The notes: a model not told the origin generated them from the sequence alone. Positions 13,038-25,864 are shown, numbered from the whole stretch's first letter. The stretch is DNA of 63,943 nucleotides, filler included, from Basidioascus undulatus (GCA_000826855.1; 15 parts of 15 records of this genome joined end to end with filler, not necessarily neighbours in it); one strand, 5' to 3'. Translations and numbers: made by a program.

Positions 13038-15232
13038 CTATTCTGGCAGCTCCCTCCGCACAAGCCTGTCCCACCTTCCCTCCTCCACGACGCTCTGCAA
13101 AGCCTCGCACTCTCTCCTGACGTCCTCCGTGCCCACCCCCCACCGTTCGTACCCCACCTCATCCTCGCCGAGTCCGAGCACGCGCACGAGCTCCGCGCGC
13201 TCGGGAAAGTGCAGGCGCGCCTCGAGGCAGCAGAGGAGGGTGAGCGCGATCTGGAAGGTCGATGCGTCCGAGTGCGACGGGTAGGAGAGCAGGAGGAGCA
13301 GGTCCCATGCGAGCGAGGCGGCTTCGAGCGGGAGGTGCGCGGTGAAGAGAGTGTGTAGCCAGGGAGGGAGGAAAGACGAGGGTCGGAGGGATTGGGAGGT
13401 GAAGTTGGCATGCGCCTGTAACGGAACCGAAGGCAATGGGTTTCAGCATTCTACTCCAAATGGGAAGAGATTCGTGAAGGAGATTGGTACTTTGGGCATT
13501 ACTGCGGAAGGTCGAGGGTGTTATCAGCACAATGAACAGACAAACAGCGCAGACGCGTGCATTCAACCTGCGGTCAAGGAGCACCTACCTTCCGCCATAA
13601 GCGTGCGTAATATCCTGTAGTAGCCGTCTTTCTGCTCGCCGCAACCCCTAACCGCGTCAGCTTCGCTTGCCTTTCTGCCGCCTCAGTCTCGAAACTGTGG
13701 ATTGAACGGATGATACTGACCTCCTCCTTCCGATCTTCCCAGAAGGCGCGGAGCAGTTGCCGTTGAAGCAGGTTGCTCAGGACGACGTACGCCTGCGCGG
13801 GAGGCATGTTGAGGAGCAGCATCGCCGCGATATTTGCCGTTCCATCGAACTGTCGCGTAACCCAACCCAACGCATGAGCTACTGGTCCATCACCGCTGCG
13901 AGATGAAAAATAGGCGAATCACGTAGCCCAAGCCGGCATCCCGTCTGTCCACCGTCCACGCTAACAAGACCGAAACGAGGTCGTCGTGCATCGCTCCTTC
14001 GCCCGGCGCGAACAGCTTCAGGCGCGGGAATGCCCGCCTCGTATCCCGCTCAATATCCTGCCGGTCGTCTGCGCCTACGCCGCCAGGTCGACTAGATCGC
14101 TTGAGAGCCAGCTCGAAGGAATCTGCCCTCGCGCGCCCGTACGTGTTGGCCCATCCGTCATCAGTATCCCTTCCCGCTATCGCGCAGGCAATGTAGAGCG
14201 GAAGGAGAAAAGAAAGAAAAAGGAGCGCACCTCGACCGAGCGCCAGGTCGTTGCCGACACAGTGGGCCCATACGCGTCCTCGGAGCGCGGGCGGGATGCC
14301 CCGCCAGAAGAGCGTGCGGTTGGACGGGTCGCGCAGGGCGTTCCGCAGTTGAGGAAGTATGGCGGTTTGCCACGTTTGGGTGAGGGACGAAAGCTCGGCT
14401 TCGTGCTTGAGAAGCTGCGACTGGCGTCGGGCGGCCTTTTGCTTTTCTGGTGGGAACGGTCGGTCAAGACAACGTCAGCTCCAGCAATGGCTTTTCCGAA
14501 TGCCGTTCCTCCTCGTAACTCCCTACACGCTTCTCTGAATAGGTTCCGGATGTGTTCAAGTGCAGAGAGATCCTAAGACTCACCCGCTTCTCGACTCGCC
14601 TTCATCATCTCCGTCCAGGTTTTCAGCGCCTTCTTCTCCTCCTCTCTCGCCTTCGGCGGCAGATAGCTCGGCCGCGTCTTGTTGACGTATTTTTCGAGCG
14701 GGCTCGGGTTGCCCCGGCGCGGAGGAGGGTCTTTGGGAGCCGTCCCGCCAGCCATGGCCGCGATGGGACTGCGGGGCGTCGCAGGGGACGCGGGGGACGC
14801 GGGCGAGCTGGGCGGCGGAGAGGTCGAGGAGGAGAGGGGGATGGAGTAGAAGGGCGTGGGCGAGGTAGAGGACGGTCGTGTTGATGCAGGGGGAGTGGAA
14901 AGGTGCGATGAGGTGGTTGGAGGGGCCGGCGAGGGCGAGCGTGAGAGGGATGGTGAAGGCGTGGGCGAGGGTTTAGGGATCGTCGGCGTGGGCAGCTCAC
15001 TCGGGGGCTCATCGGTGTCCGAACGTTCTCGAGGATGGTCCTCATGCGCCTCAGCGCCGTTCACGCTGCCTGCGCGCGCCTCCTTACCCTCCGCGGCGTC
15101 ATCGAACCCTTCCCCAAGGTCGACATCCGCGAAGTCATCCTCCAGCCCTTCCAACTCTTCCTGAGCGACCTTCTCCTCAGGCGCGTCCTCCGCGCCCTTC
15201 CCGCCCAAATCGCCCTCGTCGGTCGGCTGCAT
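13038..15232 (-). CDS. TBC-domain Rab GTPase-activating protein (TBC1D12/14-like), multi-exon
   Basis: KTRPSYLPPKAREEEKK, FWRGIPPALRGRVWAHCVGNDL, IERDTRRAFPRLKLF, GY|FDGTANIAAMLLLNM, FLPPWLHTLFTAHLPLEAASLAWD. Confidence 0.88.
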
Positions 15233-15734
15233 TCGATCGATTGAGCGAGAATGGAGTCGAAAAGTCAGTATTGACGAGTTCAGCAAGGGTGAGGTCAGGG
15301 GTGCGAGTGTTTCAAAGGCAAGACGCGTCGGGCGAGCTTCCGCGCGTAGCGGGCAGATCGGCCCGACGTGGCCAGGAAGCGCAGCGTGGCAGGCACCGAG
15401 CGAAGACGAAAGGTTTTGCGTTTAAGCCGGGAGAACATATCGTTCACTCCATCCGATGAAAGTTCGGTATAGGCCAGCTGGTATATAGCCTCTCTCCTGT
15501 GCGATGTTGGGAATGTCGAGGAGGCGAGAAAGACACGAAAGGCGAGGCGACTCGGACGTAGGCGGCAACTTTGCATCTTCCGGGAACGAGCTCTGAACGA
15601 GCTGATAGCACGGAGTACCAGGGATTGTAGGTTTTTGAATGTTATACGCTGCGCACAATGCAAATTGAACGCAGTTGCATCCGCGTGTCCACAGTATAAA
15701 GCGAGCTCTCCGCCTCGAGCCGCCTCCGCGCTCA

Positions 15735-17179
15735 TCACACCTGCAGCGCCTGCATCTCCCTCGCACTGTCCAGTCTCTCCGCCCCTGCAACACCCATCAC
15801 CTTCTCCCCATTCCGGCGGCGGCGTCCCTCGAAAATCCAGTCCCGCACCCAGACCACGCCCCACATGATCGCGAAGACGATCGCCTCTCCCACGGCGATG
15901 CCGACGAGGTAGGCTGCAAGAAGTCTGTTTCGCATTCCAACGTCCCCTTCATGTCAGTTTCGAAAGAAAGAATATAGAGAAAGCGGTTAAAGCGACGCAC
16001 CCGCCTTGCTCGTTCCAGTCGAGGAAGGAGTACACGAAGAAGCCCTGATTGTACCAGGCTGTGCGATTTGGATGCATGTTAGCCCTGATCAGCCAGAGGT
16101 GAGTGAGAGGGGCAATGATAAGCAAGCACTGATATACGCCACAGCGAGATCTGCGTGGGCGACAGCAGAGGTCAGATGGAGGCTAGCGAGAGGCGGCATT
16201 GCCAAGGAAGTGAACGCACAGCATGCAAGGATAAGAATTAGGAGCGGCACATGCGTCCATGGCGGTGGTGGAGTTCGGCTCAAGATTACTTCGATTAGCA
16301 TGAAGCCCGTGCTGCGAAGCGAGGACGCGTCATGTCGGCGTAGCGGCACGCAGAAGGAGCACAACGCTCGATCTACCAGTCATGATCGTACGCACTTCAT
16401 GGCATGCACGGAAACGTTCGACCAGGTGGTATAGATCGTGTCTGTCGCCCCGCTGGCGAGCAGAGCCCAATAGACGACGGTGACGACGATTGCTGATTGC
16501 CCAACACCCCCCGGTCTCCTTCTGCCCATGGGAACCATAGCGCATTGACTCACGGAATGTGAGTACGGTTGACCACAGCAGGATGTGCAAGAACTGCAAC
16601 GGCTTTGGCCAGTGCTGGAGCGGGTACGGGGGTGCAGACGTATCATAGCCAGCGGTGATGCGGCCGGCGCGGAGGCCGTAGACGAGAGTCTGAGTTCCGG
16701 AAGCGAAGAGATAGGCGAGGAGTCCGACGTAAGATAGATGCTGGAGGATATGTGAGGTCGTCAGTGCTCGTTCAGCAGGTAACACCTGGGTACGTTTCGC
16801 ATAGAGACGCACCGTGAAGTAACTATGACCCACATAAACACACCATCTCAGTCCCGCCCTCACGAACCAGAGTCCAGATGCTGCAGCACATACCTGAAGT
16901 ACCTGACCTCTCCAGCACATCGTCAGCGATCCCAGCTCCTCGGGACCTCGCCTCCCATCTTTCCTTCGTGACATTACCGACAAGTTGCTGGACTCACGAT
17001 TCCCTTTCCTGCTGATCCTCCATCCCCAACTGCACGCAAACAGTCACAAGGGCATAAACCCCGAGCACCAGCCTGACAACAGCGAGTCCGAGCGGGGGGA
17101 GGAAGTGGGAGGTAACCAGCCGGCGGTCGGGGTCGAACGGCGCAGGCGCGCCGAGGCGGGCCCACACGCCTTGGGCCAT
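15735..17179 (-). CDS. FAR-17a/AIG1-like multipass membrane protein, many small exons
   Basis: Spliced model MAQGVW...FDPDRRLVTSHFL...SYFSYFTHLSYVGL...YPLQHWPKPLQFLH...VTVVYWALL...WSNVSVHAMN...FFVYSFLD. Confidence 0.72.
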
Positions 17180-18701
17180 TGAAGGATTAGGGAGGACGAG
17201 GTGTTGGGGGGAGGACAAGGAGAGCTTCAAGAGTAAGTGGTATTCTCCGCGCTGACCCTGCGGTGCGCGTGTCGCTCATCACTCCAATCCATGGCTCGGA
17301 TCAGTCGAAGGAGGACAAGCGTGACCGGCGGAATGGCGGACCGTGCTTGGCGGCATTTTACCAGCCGCCGGCTTCATTTCTACAAAATGAAAACTAACAC
17401 TGGTCGCTTTATAAAGTTTTGCATCCACCGCGGGTAGTATATTTGACATAGTTCTTCTGCTTCTTAGTTCCGCGAGCGAAGCAGTGGTTAGTGGAACAGA
17501 AATGGAACAGAAAGCTTGCACTGCAATTTGGCATCTGTCTTGGAGGTGCAGTCTCCTTTTCGCTGTCAGATTCTCCTTCGTCCAAAGCAATGGGTTCCGG
17601 CAGCTGTTGCTCATGCCTGAGAAACGTATTTGTGATTGCATGAAAAGATATACCTGCGTATCCTGCACAAACTATACTCAGATGAACTGCACCGCTGCGG
17701 CGACGGGTTCGGGATCGTGTCAGGCGACTGTTCCCAAAGCGGAAGGCACACTTCTCTACGTGTTTAATCAAGCGAACTCATTGAATAAGTAGAGGATAAT
17801 GGAAAGATATATTTGACACCCTGAAACAAGAGCGGAGCCTTCTCGCAATTCAACCAGAGCTCGAGCCAGCAGCTGCAATGGACCCGCCCGAACACCATCA
17901 GCGTGTTGCACGAGGGGTATAGAGCGCCAAAAACCCACAGGCCTCCTCCAAATATTTGATCCTGTACCACTTGTTCTCAGGCTCAAAATACTTAACAGCC
18001 GGCCGGTCGTACGGTTCGGTCAAGGCCAGCGCATCCTGACGAGCTTGAATGTCGTCGTCGAGTGCCGAGTATCTCAGACAGGCAGATGCGATTCCATTGC
18101 GCTCCACCAGCTCCTTCAAGTAGTTCGCTGCCTCCGCTCTGATTCTGCGGAGGTAGAGGATATAAGGACCTTGTCGGAGGCCGCAAGTGTGACAATGTCA
18201 GGCAGATGCGGTACATCGAGGTGGTATACGTGAATATGAAGTTCCTCCAGCGGACAGGGCATAGAACAAATCGACGGGGTGATGGCCTTTAGAATGGATC
18301 CAGAGATCTAGAGGGGCAGACAGGTCATTCTACAGCGCGACCAAACGGGGAGAAACTGGTTGAGGCCTTCCATGAACGTCCTGTCAATGCCAGCACTGGG
18401 TATCTCGTACATGATATCCAGCCACTCTGCCTGCAGAATGATTCTTGCCTAAATGCCGAGCAAGAATCAATCCTAAACACTTCCGGTCCTAGCTCTCGCT
18501 AGTGCCAGTTTCCCTGGCCAACATACTATTCCATCCTTGACGCTCAAACTTGCTTAAACTGCGCGTTGCGAGAGTAGGCACACTGCACTGGTCCGTCTCA
18601 TTTCCTTCATCTCCAGAACTGCCAACTCTCTTGTGTACACCCAATAACGCTGAAAAGCTTATTTACATCAACGCCTTAGAGATACAGGGTGGCAGTGGGT
18701 G

Positions 18702-18755
18702 AGCGCGTGGAAGATCAAGCTGGATCTTCCACGCCAGCTTGATCTTCCACGCGCT
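18702..18755. repeat. Perfect 22-bp inverted repeat with a 10-nt spacer
   Basis: AGCGCGTGGAAGATCAAGCTGG-atcttccacg-CCAGCTTGATCTTCCACGCGCT. Confidence 0.95.
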
Positions 18756-19896
18756 GCAGCCTGCTGCCTCCAGCCGACAATACAGTAGTAGCGCACCGCG
18801 TTCAAAGTGAGACGGCCTGAGTCCCAGACCTGCTATTGCATGTCTCTGGGCAGCTCCAAAGCAGATCACTGAAGTGGAACAGGCCGGTCCACAAGGAGTT
18901 CATGAATACCTTCAGCGAGACCTCCGAGAACGTGGACGAGAAGGCAATACGAAGAAGTACTTCGAGATTGCCATGTGTCAAAAAAAATCAAGCTTACGCA
19001 CCACTCAAGTACCCAGTCAAAGTGAGTCCCCAAGTTTGTTCCCTTTGACCCCATGAAGCGGTTCGCAGCTAAGTGTAAGCAGCCCCTCTTTAATACCCGG
19101 CTCTATCGGCTGTGGCGCTGCCTGATAGAAATATACCTCACATCTTTTCAGCTTTTTACCCAGCTCGACAATAGGCTGCAGTTGCCGCATCATGATGCGC
19201 ACGGCGGACGCAACACAGGACTGCGACAGTAGAGCGAACTTGTGCCAGACTGGATCTTTACCTGGGCCTCCTGAACAAGAAAGCGTTTTGTATTCAGGGG
19301 AGGGAAAATGTGTGAGGGAATGGCGGTCAAAGGGGCTCGTGGCAGCTGTGGACCGCGGCTGTGAAAGCTGTGAAAGGGCGGAGGGCTGCCTACACGCAGG
19401 AGCAAGGTTCCCGCATTGTCCACAATCATCTGGCGAATAATTCACTGCACGACCTTCCCCATTAAAAATTTCCGCATAAACATTAACCTGCTCCACACCT
19501 GCGCAGGCAATCCGCCGCGGCCCTTTCCCTCATAGCACGCGGCCTCTTCACATTCCCCGTGCGGCGCGCATGGCGATCTGCGTTCTGATCAGTCGACGTC
19601 TCTCATATCGACTACCGTGCCCCCTCGCCGCCTTCTTCATGTGCTTGTCTCCCACGTCGTTCCTGGAAATCAAGCGGGCTAGGAACCCAGTCAGGTGCAG
19701 ATGCAGGCCAGTTTCAGCTGCATGACCCCTTGGCGCTCTTGCTCTCCCTTATCACCGCATCGGCCAGCTCCTCTCTTTCCCTTACCTTTCCAGAAAGACT
19801 CTCAAAGCAATCCCAACTCAGGTCCACCGACGCAGCTCTATCCTCCTGCAGTCCCCTACCAAACCGCGCTACTCCCAACCCCGCAACCCGCGCCGA

Positions 19897-20145
19897 ATGC
19901 CCGGCTGCCTCGCCGCCCTAAAGAACCTCCTCCCCAACCGGAAGGTCAAAGATACCACCTCCGCCCCCGCCCCCGGAACTGGTACCGCACCGCCCGCAAC
20001 GCGTGACGCGCCGGCACCGTCGGGCGTGCCCGCTGCCGCCGCCGCTGAGGGAACGCCTGCGGGGGCGACTGGAACGGCGGCAGGCACGACCAGTGCGGCG
20101 CCCGGGGCGCAGGCGGGCGTATCTGGCGGGGCGGGGGTGGCGTGA
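19897..20145 (+). CDS. Small Ala/Gly/Thr-rich hypothetical protein (82 aa)
   Basis: ATG ORF MPGCLAALKNLLPNRKVKD... with GC-rich coding-like codons; no homology recognised. Confidence 0.4.
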   Translation: MPGCLAALKNLLPNRKVKDTTSAPAPGTGTAPPATRDAPAPSGVPAAAAAEGTPAGATGTAAGTTSAAPGAQAGVSGGAGVA

Positions 20146-22649
20146 GAGAGGAAGCAGGAGCGCTGGGGAAGGAGAGGGTGGAAGGCATAAAGGAGGCGAT
20201 TGGGGGTGGGGTGAGGGAGGAGGGGGAGGGAGAGAAACGTGGGAGGGGGAGAATGCGCTATGTGGTCTTGCTTCGGGTCGGGCTGCGTTGGCTGCGGGGA
20301 GGACGAAGCGGGGCTTGCGAATGAAAGCGGTTTGGGCGTTCGCTTTGTTCGCGTTTCTGTCTGACTGCCGCGTGTGAACGAAATTGTTAGAGTTGGACGA
20401 CAGGATTGCAATGCGTGCATGCAACGGGAGGTTTCGAAGACCGCAGTCAGATCATTCTCGCCATGCATGGCGCCGCCTCATCCCATCCTCTCGACTACAG
20501 CCGCAGCCCCCGCACCTCAGCTCCTCTCTCTCCCGACGCCCCTCCCTTCTGCCGCCCCCCCGGCTGTCCAATCACCCATCCCTCTCCCACGGCGCCGGGC
20601 TCTTCGGCAGCGGGACCTCCCTCGGATCCTGCCCCCTCTCCTGCTGTGCCCGCTCATTCCTTTCCGGCAAGATCCTTCTCGCAAGGCTGCTCAGCGGCGC
20701 GGGGAGGTAGCTTGCAGGGTCAGGGCTTGTGGGTCGTGACGAGCCGGAGGGGTGCGGGTTGTGGGCGTGAGGATTCCAGGAGGTGGGGATGGTGGAAGAT
20801 GCGGCGGAGGCGGGAGAGGTGGGGGGCGGGGAGGATGGGGGGTTCACTAGGATCTATGGGAGGGGAGGGGAGATGGTGAGGAGGGGGAAGGGAAGGGAGG
20901 AAGAAGGGGGAGGAACGGAGGTGGAGTCAACTGGTAAGGGTTTGGCATACAAGGAGAGGACGCGGGATGCATCGGAGTGTTTTGCGAAGGGTATCAGGGC
21001 TGTGTGAGTGCCAGGAGGTGTCAGTTAAAGGCCTGGGGAAGCGGGGGGAGCAGGGAACAGAGGAGGTGGTGGAGGACGAAGAACGAAGATGGGGAGGGTT
21101 GGGAAAGCGGGAAACGTGGAAGGAGGCGGGGAGTGATGGGTAAAGCGCCTAACTAGTTCCATGCGGCAGTTGAGGAGATCGCACAGGGTAGGTGGTGAGA
21201 AGGGGCTGAGAGGGGAGAGAGAGAGAGGGCTGTGTAGAACGGCGGGAGGGGATAAGAGGAGGGCTAAGAGGGACATGATAATGGAGAAGAGGGGTGGGGG
21301 AGTCTTGTAAAAAGAATCAGGGCCTTCCATGCAGCGGTTCGGAAACCTGGGGAGGGGGAGGCGGGGAGGAGAGGAAGGAGGGGGGAGCGGAGAAGCGCTC
21401 TCACCTTGCTTCCCGTGTTCATCCCGATCCATCCATACAGACACCTTAACGTCACCGTCGCTTTTGGTGCTCCAGAAATCCAACAGTGTGGCGATGGGAG
21501 CGCAGGGAGAGCGAGATGGTATACAGTGAAGTCGGGTGGGAAGGGCAGGAGGGGTGACAGTGGGGCGAGCTGGGGAGGGCGCGGCGCTGATCGGGGAGAG
21601 GCGGGAGGCATCGGGGAGTGTCGTAGTGGGTATGGTGACTTTTTTACATGCGAAGGGGCCGAACCGAGGCCTGGGGAAAAGGCCACCCTGCTCTACGCAC
21701 CTCGAGTCCTCGCACCCCTCCGTTCGCCCCTCACCCCCTCCCCGTCCGCCTCCCACCTTGTCGCACCCGGGAGAGCATAGTAGGGCTGATTTAAGGACTG
21801 CCGCGTCAACTCGCCCACACGCGCTCGCGGAAGTCATGAGCAACTGGGTATCGGCCTCCGAACCTCCGCGAGCGCGGCCGGGAGACGACCCCGCCGTACG
21901 AGGTGTGAAGTTATCAGGGTGCGCATGCTGAGGGGGCGGGGGGAGGGTGAACACAGCGTCAGTAATGCAAGTAGAGGGATGCAGGTAGATGCATGTGACT
22001 TGGGAGCTGGGTGAGGAAGGGGAAGAACGCGCAGGCGTCTCCCTGCTTCGGCGGCGGGATCATGCCGTCGCAGCTCGGTTGGCGTCAAACGTCACTTCAT
22101 CGATGTACTTGGACGTACTTGAGGAAGGACTTCTGCCAATATTGCGCTTTATTATCCAACTGTCAGAAAACATAATGCACTCTTGTATTCACTGCCTTGC
22201 CAAAGGTATTTGGCGTTCCAACCTGCGTAAGGCAAGCCAGCGGGAGCTCAAAATGAAAATGAGAAATAAAAGTGCAGACGCCGCTGTCCGCACAGATGCG
22301 GACGCACCAGAAAGCGAAAGGGCGACGCCCTTGTCCCAGTATCGGCACTGACGCATATCCCAAGTAGTTTGTTGGGGAATTGAACGATGGGCTTTGTACG
22401 GCAGCCGCGAAATTATGAAATACACTGCGGCCGAAACCTCACAACCGTCCGTTCCCCCCTCCTCTCTTTTCCTCTCTTCTCCTCATCATCCATTCCACGT
22501 CCTCACTCTCTCACCTTCAGCACATTTTCATGCTCCCGCCGTCCGAAATTCGCCAGATCGACTCTGATTCGGGGGACGTGCTTCTTGACATCCTCAGTCG
22601 CGGGCTCACTATATAGGACATCTACGCGGCCTGCCGCACTCGATCTTAC

Positions 22650-24140
22650 ATGCGCAAAGAGATCTTCGACGGCTTCACTCCCGATGATCCGAAGGAAATG
22701 GAAGAGTGGATCGGTTGGATCGAGGCGTCAGATGTAGTACGTTTGGAATGCGCGGCCGTTATTGGAGCTGACGTTATCAATTGGTCCCACGCAGGTGCCA
22801 GCGGCGGTGGTGTCATTCCCCGCCGAGATCCTGGCGGAGATCGCCAACTTCGCCGACAAGCAAACGGTTGCTTCTCTCTCGCTCGTGAACCGCCGCATGT
22901 GCTCTTCCGTTCTCTCTGTTCTGTTTCGATCAATTCGCGTCGGCAATCTTTACGTGTTCGATGACGAAGAGAACACCTATCGACTTGTCGACAGCGTTAT
23001 CGCTGCTATGCTGTTTCTGGAAGACAGAGTAGCTGTTTCTCGCTCTGTGCGGTAAGTCATGCGCAGTTCTCCCTCGATAGCTTTATTGATGTCCTTCTTC
23101 AGCTCGCTTCGCGTCGGCGTTGGGCTCAACTTCGTGGCACAGATGCTCTTGTCGATCTTTTCGCTGCTTTGCCTATCCTCAAGCACCTGCGCTTTTTCGG
23201 TGCTGGGCATCCGTCGCTCTACACCTCCATCGGGCCTGCTTTGACTCGGGTACTCAAGCTCGAATCCCTAGACCTTATTAACGTCGAGGCGGACGATGCT
23301 TTTCCCCTTCTCAAATTTCTGCGTCCATTATCGAACCTTTGTAAAGTGGCGTTGCGTCCTTTCACCTTTCCAATGCCAGGCGATCTTCCGCTGCTCCCTT
23401 CAACGCTACCCAATCCCTCGAACTTCTTGCCAAATCTTCGCACTGCCAGCGGGGTCCCGGTGTCTTGTCGACCGGCGGACTTGCTCGCCTACCAACCGTG
23501 CCCGAGCTTCGCCTGTTTGCCATCAGCACTGCGGAGTCTTCGCAGTCACCTTTCAATCCTCGCTTTTTCATCCAGTCGATCACCACAAGTCAATTCTTAC
23601 AATGTGAACATCAATCACTGCCATGTCGAAATCCGAGACTTTAGTCCCGACGTAGCCCTTCTCATTGCTGGGGCCATGCCAAACCTCGAGAGTCTACGTC
23701 TTGGATTCTGGAACGTAGAGGCGGATGAAGATATGTCCCATCTCGTAAGAACGTTCTTTTCCTTTTCTTTTACATTCATTGGCTGACGTTGTATTTCATT
23801 GACAGGAGCGCCTCGCACTCAACATAGACTATATGCCGCGTTTGACCTCTCCCGAACTCACTCTCGACGTCGATCGCGCCATGGGCGTCAGGAACTCCCC
23901 GGCCTTGTGGACGTCTCCCGACGATGACACAAAGTTCCGTCAGGAACAATACGTGCGTTATCTGGCAAAATTCAGCTCAACCTAGAGGTGGTTCGGCTCT
24001 ACCGCGAGACGTCTCTGCGTCGTCACGGGCTCGGGTGCGATGTTTTCCACATCTGGGAGGACGACCAGTTACGAGATACACGTGAACCGGGTATGCTCGG
24101 CGGACCTGCAGCCTGCTTGTGCAGGGCGTCTGACTACGAA
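22650..24140 (+). pseudogene. F-box/LRR-like gene, apparently frameshifted
   Basis: F-box-like FPAEILAEIANFADKQTVASLSLVNR, then LRR-like LPILKHLRF, LKLESLDL, LPNLRT, MPNLESLRLG. The spliced frame stops at 23244 while the LRR-like frame is shifted. Confidence 0.55.
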
Positions 24141-24454
24141 TCGGATATCGAATGAAATGCCCCTATTTTTACGCTGTTTGGCATATCTGTCTGCCAGACT
24201 GCGTTTGTAGCTCGTGTGAGTGCCCACCGTGTAGCAGAACGCGATAGATGAACAGACAAGCTGGCGCAATAGACCATTGCTGGGAATTTAGAATACGCGG
24301 TCCGTCTTTCGGCCTTGAAGCCGGCGGCTCGACTTCCACGCTCGAGATCTGCTACTGCAAACACTCACTGCTCAGTTTCATAGCCATGGTTCACATTGAT
24401 CCGCCACGCAACTCCAGTCAAAGGGCAAGACGATCATCGCAGGAGAATATCGTT

Positions 24455-25864
24455 TCATGCGAGCACGCCCCTCCTGCGGTATCCCCGTTCCTCCAACCAG
24501 TCCAGCACGCCCGCGTGCGATACCAGAGCGTTGTACCATCCCCTTTCCGCCTTGGTCAGGCGGTCCTCCAGGAAGTAGGCGATATGCCGTTGGAAGAGCG
24601 GGTAAGCCAGGCCATAGGCGGTCGAGAGGCGGACGAATTCCTGTAGAACCAGCGGTGTTTAGGACGAGAGACTTAAAGGGAAGAGGGGTGAAGTCGGAAA
24701 GGACGGACATCCACGGCTTCGGGCGGAGTCGATGTATACCTAGCGAATAGCGCCTAGTTGATTGGAGGTCAGCTGCGTAGTAGTTAAATGATGGCAGTAA
24801 AAATTCTCTCACCGGGTTCGCCATAAGGCCCCTAGCGCTCATCACGCCCCCGCATCCCGTCTCCTCACGAGTTTTCCGCACCTCCTCCGCGCTCCACGCA
24901 TCGCCATTCGCAACGCACGGAACCTCTCCGCACGCAGCGTCGCGCGCGAACGCGATCCCGGGGAGATTGACAGGCACAGTGGACGCTTGGTGCCGCGTTC
25001 GGCCGTGGATGGTGATGTAAGACGCGCCAGCCTGGATGGCGGTTTGGACGAGCTGGACAGTGCGCCTGTGGACGGGGGCGGGAAGGAGATGTGAGGAGGA
25101 GCCGAAGAACAGTGGCAGGACGGGATGGGACGCACGCTGGCTCGGGATCGATGCGGATCTTGACGCTCACCGTGTAGGCGTTTCCGAGCCGGGAGCGCAC
25201 GGCGCGGACCATGTCGCGCACGAGGTCGGGCTTGCGGAGGAGCGCCGAGCCAATCCCTTCTTCGTACGCCCATTTCTGGGGACAACCTGTCTCATGGCGC
25301 TCAAGGTGAGCGTACGATGAGAAGGCAGCAACGATCGCCGGGTCCGCGCACCGCAGTTCAGATCAATCCCGTCCACGTAGGGGTGAATCAACTCCGCGGC
25401 GTCCGCAAGGTGGTCAGGCGTGGAAGAGGCGAATTGCGCGATGAGCGCGCCGCGCACGCGCCGGCCGTTCGGGAAGGTAAACGTCCCACGCTCAGTCGGG
25501 GAGGTGGTGAAGTCTGAAGCGCGGGCTATGGAGGAGCGGGAGCTGGGGGCAGTTCGGTACGGTGTAAGTCTTGTCATTCTGCATGGGAATAGAGACGGTG
25601 TGACAAACAATTCCTGGGCGAGCATCATGGGTGTGTGCGTGATGTGCACGTTGTACTGCGAGACGAGCTCGCGGAAGGGCAGCTTAGAGTAGCGGACCAT
25701 GGGCGCTATGGAGGGGAATTCAGCATGAAGATTTTATTTCGGAGTGAAAGTTTAATCTCACCGGCGACGTTTATCTCGGGAAACTGGGTAAGGAGCTCGG
25801 TCGGGGTGAGGATCTCGACGTCGGCGGGTGGAAAAAAGGATGAGGTGGGTGTTCGGGTCGCCAT
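24455..25864 (-). CDS. DUS4: tRNA-dihydrouridine(20a/20b) synthase
   Basis: PMVRYSKLPFR, IDLNCGCPQKWAYEEGIGSALL, SVKIRI, ITIHGRTR, VANGD, GVMSARGLMANPALF. Confidence 0.92.
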
